Shown here piece by piece: positions 16,281-23,862 of a stretch of DNA of 24,000 bases. Made by a program: the position numbers and the translations under genes. The stretch covers positions 93,194 through 117,193 of the forward strand of contig MTLY02000003.1 in NCBI GenBank assembly GCA_002011035.2, written 5' to 3'. This DNA is from Candidatus Hecatella orcuttiae. Lineage in GTDB: Archaea; Thermoproteota; Bathyarchaeia; Hecatellales; Hecatellaceae. Position 1 is the stretch's first letter. Each line of letters starts with the position of its first letter. A model generated the notes under the pieces. That model ran no database searches and was not told the DNA's origin. It was given only the letters and a program-made list of their open reading frames with translations.

Positions 16281-17931
16281 GTTGGGCAGCTGCCAGGAAA
16301 ACAAAGCCTCAGCTTTCTCTTTCCAAAATTTCGAGGAAACCCCCCGCCTCCAAGAAGCCTGCAGGGAAATAGCCAAAAGGCTTCTCGCAGCGCCTTCGCC
16401 AAACCGCCGGGAGCTCAGCCGAATTAAGGCGGAGGTCTCAAAACTTTACGGCCTCCCCCAGCTGCCTGCCAACGCTCAGATCCTCCAAGCGGCGGAAAAC
16501 TTAAGCCCAGCCGGCTTTCTCCAAGTTTTACGGAGGAAAGCCGTTCGGAGGACCAGCGGCGTCACGGTCATAGCCGTCATGACCGCGCCTCATCCCTGCC
16601 CCCACGGCCGCTGTCTCTACTGCCCCGGCGGGCCTGAGCAGGGGGTTCCCCAAAGCTACACCGGCCACGAGCCGGCTTCCCTGCGGGGGCTTCAGAACGA
16701 CTTCGACCCCGGGAGGCAGGTGTGGAGCCGCATCCGCCAGTTGAGGGCCATAGGGCATGCGGTGGACAAGGCGGAGCTCATCGTTATGGGAGGCACCTTC
16801 CTTTCCACGCCTCCCAGCTACCAGGAAGACTTCATCCGAGGCTGCTTGGACGCCTTGAACGGTTCACCTTCCCGCAGCCTTTCCGAAGCTAAGTTGAAGG
16901 CGGAGAGGGGTGAAATCAGAAACGTGGGTATCACCGTGGAAACCCGGCCTGACTGGTCTCGGGAGTCCCACATCGACCGGATGCTGGAGCTGGGGGTAAC
17001 CCGGGTTGAGCTGGGGGTGCAGACTCTCTACGACGATGTTTACCGTTTGGTAGGCCGGGGGCACGCTGTGGGGGATGTGGCGGAGGCGGCGAGGATGTTG
17101 AAGGACGCAGGTCTGAAGGTCTGCTTCCACATGATGCCCAACCTCCCCGGCTCCGACTGGGAGAAGGACCTGAAAATGTTTCAAACCCTGTTCGAGGACG
17201 AGGCCTTCAAGCCTGACATGCTGAAGATCTACCCGACAGTCGTCTTGGAGGGCACAGGCCTCCATGAAATGTGGAGGAAAGGAGCCTACCTGCCTTACCC
17301 CCAAGAAGACCTGGTGGAGCTTCTCGCCCGAGTTAAAGCCCAGCTGCCCGGCTGGGTGCGGATTCAGAGAATCCAGCGGGACATCCCCCTCCCAAAAACA
17401 TGCGCAGGGGTGAAGACAGGCAGCCTCAGGGAAGTAGTCCGGAAAGCCATGGCGGCTCGGGGGTGGCGGTGCCGGTGTATTCGATGCCGGGAGGTGGGGC
17501 ATTCCCAGTTGAAGCGCGGCCTCAGACCTAAACCTGAAAACATCAGGCTTAAGGTGGAAAAGTATCCGGCCTCCGAGGGTGAAGAGGTTTTTCTCTCCTA
17601 CGAGGATGTGGAGCAGGATATTCTGGTAGGTTTCCTCCGGCTGCGGAAACCTTCCCCCAAAGCTCACCGCTGCGAGGTGGGAGGAGGCTCTCTCATCGTC
17701 CGAGAGCTCCACGTCTACGGTCCCATGTTGCCTTTGGGGGTGAGGGAGGAGGAGGGATGGCAGCACCGGGGCTACGGGAGGTCCCTGCTGAAGGCGGCGG
17801 AGAAAATCGCTGTGGAAGACTACGGGGCGGAGAAAATCCTGGTAACCGCAGCTCTAGGGGTTAAAGAGTATTATTACCGGCTGGGCTACAGGAAGGAGGG
17901 CCCCTACGTGGCCAAGGAGCTCAGGGGGTAA
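16255..17931 (+). CDS. elp3: Elp3-family tRNA wobble-uridine modifying radical SAM / acetyltransferase enzyme
   Basis: The ORF has the radical-SAM cluster motif CPHGRCLYCPGG (C-x4-C-x2-C as in Elp3), VETRPD, RVELGVQT and a C-terminal GNAT domain (QHRGYGRSLLKAAEKIA). The track start overlaps the upstream gene by 26 nt. An in-frame TTG at 16282, directly after the upstream stop, is an equally good start. Confidence 0.92.
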   Translation: MREKKVEIELGSCQENKASAFSFQNFEETPRLQEACREIAKRLLAAPSPNRRELSRIKAEVSKLYGLPQLPANAQILQAAENLSPAGFLQVLRRKAVRRTSGVTVIAVMTAPHPCPHGRCLYCPGGPEQGVPQSYTGHEPASLRGLQNDFDPGRQVWSRIRQLRAIGHAVDKAELIVMGGTFLSTPPSYQEDFIRGCLDALNGSPSRSLSEAKLKAERGEIRNVGITVETRPDWSRESHIDRMLELGVTRVELGVQTLYDDVYRLVGRGHAVGDVAEAARMLKDAGLKVCFHMMPNLPGSDWEKDLKMFQTLFEDEAFKPDMLKIYPTVVLEGTGLHEMWRKGAYLPYPQEDLVELLARVKAQLPGWVRIQRIQRDIPLPKTCAGVKTGSLREVVRKAMAARGWRCRCIRCREVGHSQLKRGLRPKPENIRLKVEKYPASEGEEVFLSYEDVEQDILVGFLRLRKPSPKAHRCEVGGGSLIVRELHVYGPMLPLGVREEEGWQHRGYGRSLLKAAEKIAVEDYGAEKILVTAALGVKEYYYRLGYRKEGPYVAKELRG

Positions 17932-17936
17932 AGACT

Positions 17937-19262
17937 GTGGAAAAGGAGGAAATCTCAGGCTACAGGCATCAGGCCTTGGATGCCTTGAGGAAAGCCGGTG
18001 CGAGGGTGGGAGACAAGGTGAAGGTGGAAAGGGAAGGTGAAGCAGTGGAGGGAATCCTCATGCCCCGAACTCAGCTGGGCGACCCTAACTATTTGGTCTT
18101 GAAGCTGGCCAGCGGCTACAACATAGGCGTGAAAGTCAACGGGCGGGCGAAAGTGGAAGTAGTAGAGTCCAAGGCTAGGCCCCCGGGCGCTCCGCCCTTC
18201 GCGCCCCCGGAAGAGAAGCCGGACCTACCCTTGGTGGAGGTCATAGGCACAGGGGGAACCATCGTCAGCCGGGTGGAATACCGCACAGGAGCCGTCTACC
18301 CGGCTCTCTCCACCGAAGACCTCTACCGGGCGGTGCCGGAGATTTCCAGCATCGCCAGGGTGAGGGCCCGAGTGCTCTTCAGCCTCCTCAGTGAAAACGT
18401 CTACCCTCCCCACTGGGAGAAGATGGCGGAGGCTGTGGCTGAAGCCTTGGAGGAAGGCGCGGCCGGAGTGATAGTGGCCCACGGCACCGACACCATGGGC
18501 TACACGGCAGCCGCCCTCAGCTTCGCCCTCCAAGACCTACCCGCCCCCGTCATACTGGTAGGCTCCCAGCGGTCCTCCGACAGACCCAGCTCCGACGCCG
18601 CCTTGAATCTTATGGCGGCCGTGAGGGCTGCGGCCTACGGTCCCTTCGCCGAAGTCGGCGTGGCCATGCATGAGTGGGTCTCCGACGAGGCGGTGGTCAT
18701 CCACCGGGGAACCAAGGTGAGGAAATGCCACACCAGCCGCCGGGACGCCTTCAAGACGGTGAACGCTTCCCCCCTAGCCCGAGTGTCCGACGGAAAGCTG
18801 ACCATGCTGGCGTCGGAGGGCTTCAGGCCTCGGAACCCTACGGGAAAGGTGAGGGTGAAGCCTCGCTTCGACCCTAAGGTGGCTTTGGTTAAGTTTCACC
18901 CCGGCTTCAACCCTGAAGTCATCGACTGGTATGTGGACCGGAAATATCGGGGAATAATCCTGGAAGGCACAGGCCTAGGCCATGTAGCCCGGCTTTGTTA
19001 TTCCCACCTCCGAAGGGCCTTGGATGAGGGTCTCTTCGTGGGTATGACCTCCCAATGTCTCTGGGGAGAGGTCCGCATGACGGTCTACGAGGTGGGCAGG
19101 GAGCTCTCAGCCTTGGGAGTGGTTCCCCTAGGGGATATGCTCCCTGAAACCGCCCTAGTTAAGGCCATGTGGGCCTTTGGGCAGGTTTCCGAAAAGGAGG
19201 AAGTGCAACGATTGATGCTCACCAACTTGGCGGGAGAGCTTTCCTCCCGGATTCTCCTCTGA
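17937..19262 (+). CDS. gatD: Glutamyl-tRNA(Gln) amidotransferase subunit D
   Basis: The 441 aa ORF has an N-terminal GatD-specific domain followed by an asparaginase-like core with IGTGGTI, AHGTDTM and the GTGLGH motif. It has a GTG start 5 nt after elp3 and lies immediately upstream of gatE. Confidence 0.93.
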   Translation: MEKEEISGYRHQALDALRKAGARVGDKVKVEREGEAVEGILMPRTQLGDPNYLVLKLASGYNIGVKVNGRAKVEVVESKARPPGAPPFAPPEEKPDLPLVEVIGTGGTIVSRVEYRTGAVYPALSTEDLYRAVPEISSIARVRARVLFSLLSENVYPPHWEKMAEAVAEALEEGAAGVIVAHGTDTMGYTAAALSFALQDLPAPVILVGSQRSSDRPSSDAALNLMAAVRAAAYGPFAEVGVAMHEWVSDEAVVIHRGTKVRKCHTSRRDAFKTVNASPLARVSDGKLTMLASEGFRPRNPTGKVRVKPRFDPKVALVKFHPGFNPEVIDWYVDRKYRGIILEGTGLGHVARLCYSHLRRALDEGLFVGMTSQCLWGEVRMTVYEVGRELSALGVVPLGDMLPETALVKAMWAFGQVSEKEEVQRLMLTNLAGELSSRILL

Positions 19263-19266
19263 CAAA

Positions 19267-21198
19267 GTGGGAAGGTGTAGGAGGTTGGATGTCGACTACA
19301 GGGAGCTGGGAACCAAGGTAGGGATAGAAATCCACAGGCAGCTGGACACCCAATATAAGCTGTTCTGCAACTGCCCCACCCACCTCACCCGGGAGGAGGC
19401 GGAGACCATCTTCCTCCGCCGGCTGAGGCCCACGGCCAGTGAGCTCTGGGAAGTAGACACAGCGGCCCTCTTCGAGTTTCAGAAAGGCCTCACCATCCTC
19501 TACGAAGCCGACCCCAAAACCTGCTGCTTGGTGGAAATGGATGAGGAGCCCCCCCACGACCTAAACCCTGAGGCTGTGGACATCGCCCTCCAAGCAGCCT
19601 TTCTCCTGAAGGCTAAGCCTGTGGAGGAGATCCATGTCATGAGGAAGATCGTCATCGACGGCTCCAACACCTGCGGCTTCCAGAGAACCTGCGTTGTGGC
19701 CTTAGGCGGGGAGGTGGAAGTGGAGGGCCGGAGGATACCCCTCCAAGCCATCAGCCTCGAAGAGGACGCTGCCAGAAAGATGGAGGCCCGGGGGGACAGG
19801 GTTGTCTACCGCCTGGACAGGTTGGGCATTCCCCTCATCGAGGTCGCTACCGCTCCGGCCATGACTACTCCCCGGGAGGCGGAAAGCGCAGCTTTAGCCA
19901 TAGGAAGAGCCTTACGGGGCACGGGGAAGGTTAAGAGAGGCCTAGGCTCCATCCGGCAGGACCTCAACATTTCCATCCGCCGAGGCGCCCTCATAGAAGT
20001 AAAAGGGGTCCAGGAGCTGGGCCTCATCTCCAAGGTGGTGGAAAATGAAGTCCGCCGGCAGCTGGGCCTCCTCAAGATAAAGGAAGAGCTGGAAAGCCGA
20101 GGTCTGAAGGCGGAGGAGCTGGTCTTCGCTCCAGTGGACGTGACCTCCCTCTTTCAGGCTTCCAAGAGCACCGTCATCCGGAGGGCTTTGGCCTCAGGCG
20201 GTCGGGTTTTAGCCTTGGCTCTCCCTAAGTTGGCCGGCCTCTTAGGCTGGGAGCTGGGGCCCAACCTCAGGTTTGGAACGGAGCTGGCGGATAGGGCTAA
20301 GTTCTTCGGAGGCGTGGGGGGGCTTTTCCACACCGACGAGCTTCCCGGCTACGGCATCACCCCCCAAGAGGTGGAGGCGTTGAAGGCTCAGCTGGGCCTC
20401 AGCCCCCTGGACGCGGCTGTGCTGGTGGCTGACCGGGCGGAGAGGGCGGAAAAGGCCTTGGAGGCGGTGGTGGAACGGGTGAAAGAGGCCCTCCAAGGGG
20501 TTCCTGAGGAAACTAGGACAGCTCGCCCCGATGGCTCCACCCGCTACATGAGACCTCGGCCCGGCTCGGCTAGGCTTTACCCGGAAACAGACATACCTCC
20601 CATCCTCATCACCCCGGAAAGGTTGGAGAGGCTGAAGGCGGTGCTTCCTCCTTCTCCAGAGCAGCTGGCAGCCCGGCTTATGGAGCGGTTTAGCATCAAC
20701 AGGAAGCTGGCTGAACAGCTGGTGGACTCGGACTATCTCTCTCTCTTCGAAAAAGTGGCGGCAGAAGGCCGGATTTCTCCCTCCTTTGTGGCCACCGCTC
20801 TCACCGAGACCATGAAAAGCTTGGAAAGAAAGGCGGTGCCCGTGGACAGCCTAAGCGACGAGCAGCTCTATGGAGCCTTCACCCTCATCGGGGAGGGGAA
20901 AGCCGCCAAGGAAATCTTCCTCGAGCTGGTGGAGGAAATGGCCGCCGCTGGTGTCTCCCCCGAGCAGGCGTTGGAGCGGCTGGGCGTCCGAATGCTGAGC
21001 ATGGAGGAGCTGGCGGCTGTGGTTGATAAACAGGTTAAAGAGCACCCTGAGCTGCTGGCGGAAAAGCCTGAAAAAGCTCTAGGCCGGCTGATGAAGATGG
21101 TCATGAGCCAAGTCCGCGGCAAAGCTGACCCCAAAACAGTGGCAGGCCTGCTGAGGGAGAAACTGGAAGACCGTCACTCCTCCAGCAGGAACACCTGA
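19267..21198 (+). CDS. gatE: Glutamyl-tRNA(Gln) amidotransferase subunit E
   Basis: The 643 aa ORF has the N-terminus DYRELGTKVGIEIHRQL, LVEMDEEPP, the GatB/E core IPLIEVATAP and a C-terminal YqeY/GatB-like tail. The start is GTG 19267 or TTG 19285. Confidence 0.93.
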   Translation: MGRCRRLDVDYRELGTKVGIEIHRQLDTQYKLFCNCPTHLTREEAETIFLRRLRPTASELWEVDTAALFEFQKGLTILYEADPKTCCLVEMDEEPPHDLNPEAVDIALQAAFLLKAKPVEEIHVMRKIVIDGSNTCGFQRTCVVALGGEVEVEGRRIPLQAISLEEDAARKMEARGDRVVYRLDRLGIPLIEVATAPAMTTPREAESAALAIGRALRGTGKVKRGLGSIRQDLNISIRRGALIEVKGVQELGLISKVVENEVRRQLGLLKIKEELESRGLKAEELVFAPVDVTSLFQASKSTVIRRALASGGRVLALALPKLAGLLGWELGPNLRFGTELADRAKFFGGVGGLFHTDELPGYGITPQEVEALKAQLGLSPLDAAVLVADRAERAEKALEAVVERVKEALQGVPEETRTARPDGSTRYMRPRPGSARLYPETDIPPILITPERLERLKAVLPPSPEQLAARLMERFSINRKLAEQLVDSDYLSLFEKVAAEGRISPSFVATALTETMKSLERKAVPVDSLSDEQLYGAFTLIGEGKAAKEIFLELVEEMAAAGVSPEQALERLGVRMLSMEELAAVVDKQVKEHPELLAEKPEKALGRLMKMVMSQVRGKADPKTVAGLLREKLEDRHSSSRNT

Positions 21199-21680
21199 AC
21201 CGTCAGCGGGCTGCCGTGGGTGAAGCGGCCGTTAACCCGGACGGCTCCCCGCCCCTCCCTCCCCTGGTAGGCTCCGAAAACTTGAGCCTCCCTAAGAAGG
21301 CGGCGGGGAGGGTGGGAAACCTTCTCCCCCGAACATTTAACCTCCACCAGAAACCTTCTGCCTCGGTAGACGATGAACATGTCCGGGGTTGTCCCGTTGA
21401 CCGTGTCCGCCTTCCCAGCGTAGCCGTCGATGTCCACCCCCAGGCGAGCTGCCACATCTTCCAAGGCGTTGACGGTGAGCTCCACGGACTGCACCGCCAT
21501 CCCCCGTCTGGCTTCCCCCCTTCCTCGGCCGGAGGACTTCGCCTCCAAGGCATAGCTTCGAAAACTCTCCAGAAGAGGGGTGGAGAAGTAGACTTCCCAG
21601 CGCTGCCGCTTCTTTTCCTTGAAAGGGATGTCTGCGAGGAGGGTGAGTTCGAGGAAGCCTGGTGTGAGACTTTGGTTCAT
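21174..21680 (-). CDS. Hypothetical protein with a C-terminal PD-(D/E)xK-like nuclease motif and a possible RHH-like N-terminus
   Basis: The 168 aa ORF has an ATG start. TTPDMFIVYRGRRFLVEVKCSGEKV fits the D-x(n)-E-x-K restriction-endonuclease-fold core, as in Hjc-type IEVK. The N-terminal KKRQRWEVYFSTPLLESFRSYALEA resembles a strand-helix start of a ribbon-helix-helix. The gene is divergent from the wHTH-NurA-HerA operon, and its 3' end overlaps the gatE 3' end by 25 nt. Confidence 0.45.
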   Translation of the reverse strand: MNQSLTPGFLELTLLADIPFKEKKRQRWEVYFSTPLLESFRSYALEAKSSGRGRGEARRGMAVQSVELTVNALEDVAARLGVDIDGYAGKADTVNGTTPDMFIVYRGRRFLVEVKCSGEKVSHPPRRLLREAQVFGAYQGREGRGAVRVNGRFTHGSPLTVQVFLLEE

Positions 21681-21712
21681 GGGCCTTGGGTTTATTTAGG
21701 TGTTCGGGCTTT

Positions 21713-21758
21713 AAATATTTTACGTATTTTTACGTAAAAATCCGAAAAACTTATAAGA
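21713..21758. promoter_or_regulatory. Divergent promoter/operator region: two TATA-like boxes flanking tandem TACGTA palindromes
   Basis: A self-complementary AAATATTT (21713..21720) lies about 36 nt upstream of the minus-strand ATG at 21680. TACGTA occurs at 21721..21726 and 21731..21736, 10 bp centre to centre. The second copy sits inside the perfect 16-bp palindrome ATTTTTACGTAAAAAT (21726..21741). A purine-rich CGAAAAAC followed by TTATAAGA (21743..21758) lies about 30 nt upstream of the TTG at 21788. Confidence 0.4.
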
Positions 21759-21787
21759 GCCACCCGCCATAAAAATATGCGAGAAAG

Positions 21788-22243
21788 TTGAAGGTTAAAA
21801 TCTCCATAAAAAGGTCCTACGGAGACATCGTCCTCGAAGGGGAAAGCTTCGACGACCTAGTTGAAAACCTCAAAGGGCTCCCTCAGTGGCTGGACATTGT
21901 CGACAGCCTAATCCTCCACACCGAAACCCCCTCCACCCGCAAAGAGCTGCTGAAAGGCCTGGTGGAATACACTCAAGAAGGCACCGTCATCTCCCTACCC
22001 CGGGAACGGCTCAGCGACAAAGAAGCCATCTGTCTCCTCCTTTTCGCCAACGAACCCAACCCCCTCCAGCCCAAGGAAATCGCCCGGCTTCTAGCCAATT
22101 CCGGGAGGCTTTCCGCAGGCTTCGGAGCTAGGCTGAGTGAGCTCCGCTATGAGGGACTCATCCTCAAGGAAGCCGGCTCCTACAGGCTTACAGCCACCGG
22201 GAGAACCATGGTGGAGGACATGGTTCAGAGGCTGCGGAGCTGA
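21788..22243 (+). CDS. Small winged-helix protein, paralogue A (first gene of the NurA-HerA operon)
   Basis: The 151 aa ORF requires a TTG start because there is no early in-frame ATG. It has the N-terminal module KVKISIKRSYGDIVLEGESFDDLVENL, a central EGTVISLPRERL, and a C-terminal wHTH-like PKEIARLL...GARLSELRYEGLILKEAGSYRLTATG. It aligns by eye with the next ORF. Confidence 0.55.
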   Translation: MKVKISIKRSYGDIVLEGESFDDLVENLKGLPQWLDIVDSLILHTETPSTRKELLKGLVEYTQEGTVISLPRERLSDKEAICLLLFANEPNPLQPKEIARLLANSGRLSAGFGARLSELRYEGLILKEAGSYRLTATGRTMVEDMVQRLRS

Positions 22244-22248
22244 AGCCC

Positions 22249-22767
22249 ATGGCCGAGAAGCCAAGCCTCAAAGTCCATGTGGAGCTCGGTGAAGCCAAAC
22301 TGGACTTGGAAGGCTCACCGGAGGAGGTGATCAAAGCTTTCCTGCAGCTGGTGGGCAGGGTTTACCCGGCTTACCGTCTGGTGGAGGGCTTGACGTTGAC
22401 CGTGGACTTGGAGGGGTTGATGAAAAACTTGGAGGGCATCCTAGCCTTCACAGCGGAAGGACCCGTGATCCTGATCCCAAAAGACCGGCTGGGAAGGTTG
22501 AGCATCCGAGAGCTCATCGCCCTCCATCTGACCAAAGCTTATGTGGGTAATCAGGTGGGCAGGTTGGAAAGGGTTTCCCTTTCCGTGGATGAGTTGCTCC
22601 AAGCCATAGGGGGGAGGATAGGAGCCATGGCTGGAAGGCTGAGTGAAATGGTGGACGAAGGGCTGGTGGTGAGAATAGGGCGAGGCGAATATAAGATAAC
22701 CACCTATGGGCTCAAGCACTTCCAAGAAAACATTCTGCCCAAACTCAGACAGCTTAAAGAAGCCTAA
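22249..22767 (+). CDS. Small winged-helix protein, paralogue B
   Basis: The 172 aa ORF has an ATG start 5 nt after the previous stop. It has KVHVELGEAKLDLEGSPEEVIKAF, EGPVILIPKDRL and AGRLSEMVDEGLVVRIGRGEYKITTYG. These match paralogue A block for block. Confidence 0.55.
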   Translation: MAEKPSLKVHVELGEAKLDLEGSPEEVIKAFLQLVGRVYPAYRLVEGLTLTVDLEGLMKNLEGILAFTAEGPVILIPKDRLGRLSIRELIALHLTKAYVGNQVGRLERVSLSVDELLQAIGGRIGAMAGRLSEMVDEGLVVRIGRGEYKITTYGLKHFQENILPKLRQLKEA

Positions 22768-22785
22768 AAAAGGCGGAGCGCAGGC

Positions 22786-23862
22786 TTGCTGCTGGAAAAC
22801 ACAGCTGAAGCAACGGTTCCAACCCGATGGGCGGAGGTGAGCCTCCGCTCCTTGAAGGATATGGAAGAAAACTCGGGGGAAAGCTTGGAGCTGACCGTTG
22901 CGGATACAGGGGAGGAGGAGTCGTCTCTCCTCAAAAACTGGACGACATCCTTCCACCTGCACAGCCCTTGGAATGATTTTCAGAGCAGAATCGTGAAACT
23001 TCACCCCCGTCCCCCCCGGGTTAAAGTGGCGGCTGTGGACTGTTCCTCCAGAAAAATTGGGAGAACGAAGAAAGGCTTGGTCTGCGCCTTCCGAGGCACG
23101 GTTGTTTGGAGAGACGACTTCGCCTACCGGTACCTTCGCTATGGGCCCTTCCTTTTCCACATCACCGAGCGTTTTCCTGAAACCTTCAGAGACTTTGCCT
23201 TCAGCTCCACAGTGTCTGCAAGCGCCTTTTCCTTTCTCAACCCCTCCGGCTGGCTGAGCAGGATCAGATACCTCCTAGAGATAGAGCTGCAGAGGATGGT
23301 CTGCGAGTCTTCTAGGGACTCCATCATCCTGTGGGACGGCGTCATGCCGGCGGCCGGTTTAGACCTTGACCCCGTTTCCCCGTATCTTTCCCATATCCTC
23401 AGGCTGGCTAGGAGCGGCAACAACAAGGTTATGGCCCTTGCCAAGGAGACAAGGCTCTTCTCCGAAAACGGAGGCCCCCTCCCAGAAGCCACGGAGCTAC
23501 CCTCCCCTTGCTTGGTGGACGTAGATAAGTGCGTCGGAGAGGTTTCCCCGTCCTCCCAGAGGCTGGGATACACTTTCATCGCCAAGTTCGCCCCTGACAG
23601 CCCGGGTTTCAGGTTGGATGTGGACCGCTGTCTGCCCAAGGGGGAGATGGTGGAGGCGGTGGAGCGGCTTCTAGCCAGCGACCTCACCTTCCAAGGCTAT
23701 CCGGAAACCCTGAGAGCCGCCCACATCCTCTCAGCGTTGACCCCGGTGGATGTTCTGGGTCTTCAAAGGTCCCTGGCGGGGAGATACGGGTTCAAAATTG
23801 TAAGGTCTCCTCCTGTGAGAAGGATGCTCTTCGGACCCTACGGCGGGTGGGATGACAGCTAA
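22786..23862 (+). CDS. nurA: NurA-like 5'-3' nuclease
   Basis: The 358 aa ORF shows NurA-type blocks. These are VAAVDCSS (equivalent to the xAxDGS catalytic Asp block, D85), LLEIELQ (acidic E165/E167), IILWDGVM (D184), MALAKETR (vs the K-x-S/T block) and YPETLRAAHILSAL (vs YPYxLxxAH, H313). The N-terminal 75 residues or so are acidic and poorly defined, and ATG 22861 (M26) is an alternative start. Confidence 0.75.
   Translation: MLLENTAEATVPTRWAEVSLRSLKDMEENSGESLELTVADTGEEESSLLKNWTTSFHLHSPWNDFQSRIVKLHPRPPRVKVAAVDCSSRKIGRTKKGLVCAFRGTVVWRDDFAYRYLRYGPFLFHITERFPETFRDFAFSSTVSASAFSFLNPSGWLSRIRYLLEIELQRMVCESSRDSIILWDGVMPAAGLDLDPVSPYLSHILRLARSGNNKVMALAKETRLFSENGGPLPEATELPSPCLVDVDKCVGEVSPSSQRLGYTFIAKFAPDSPGFRLDVDRCLPKGEMVEAVERLLASDLTFQGYPETLRAAHILSALTPVDVLGLQRSLAGRYGFKIVRSPPVRRMLFGPYGGWDDS

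Noticed and set aside
16864-17766. 300-aa antisense ORF inside elp3
   Set aside because: It lies entirely within a gene whose plus-strand product has unambiguous radical-SAM and GNAT motifs. Its translation is rich in Pro, Arg, Gly and His and low in complexity, as expected from off-frame reading of GC-rich coding DNA.
21216-21737. 173-aa plus-strand ORF opposite the PD-(D/E)xK-motif gene
   Set aside because: Its translation is Pro/Gly/Ser-rich and runs into the AT-rich promoter spacer. The minus-strand frame has an ATG preceded by a TATA-like box and a structured-looking sequence. This is not fully excluded without coding-potential scoring.
22441-23160. 239-aa antisense ORF spanning wHTH paralogue B and the NurA start
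   Set aside because: The plus-strand frames carry paralogous blocks and NurA motifs. The antisense product has no recognisable features and spans an intergenic gap of the plus-strand operon.
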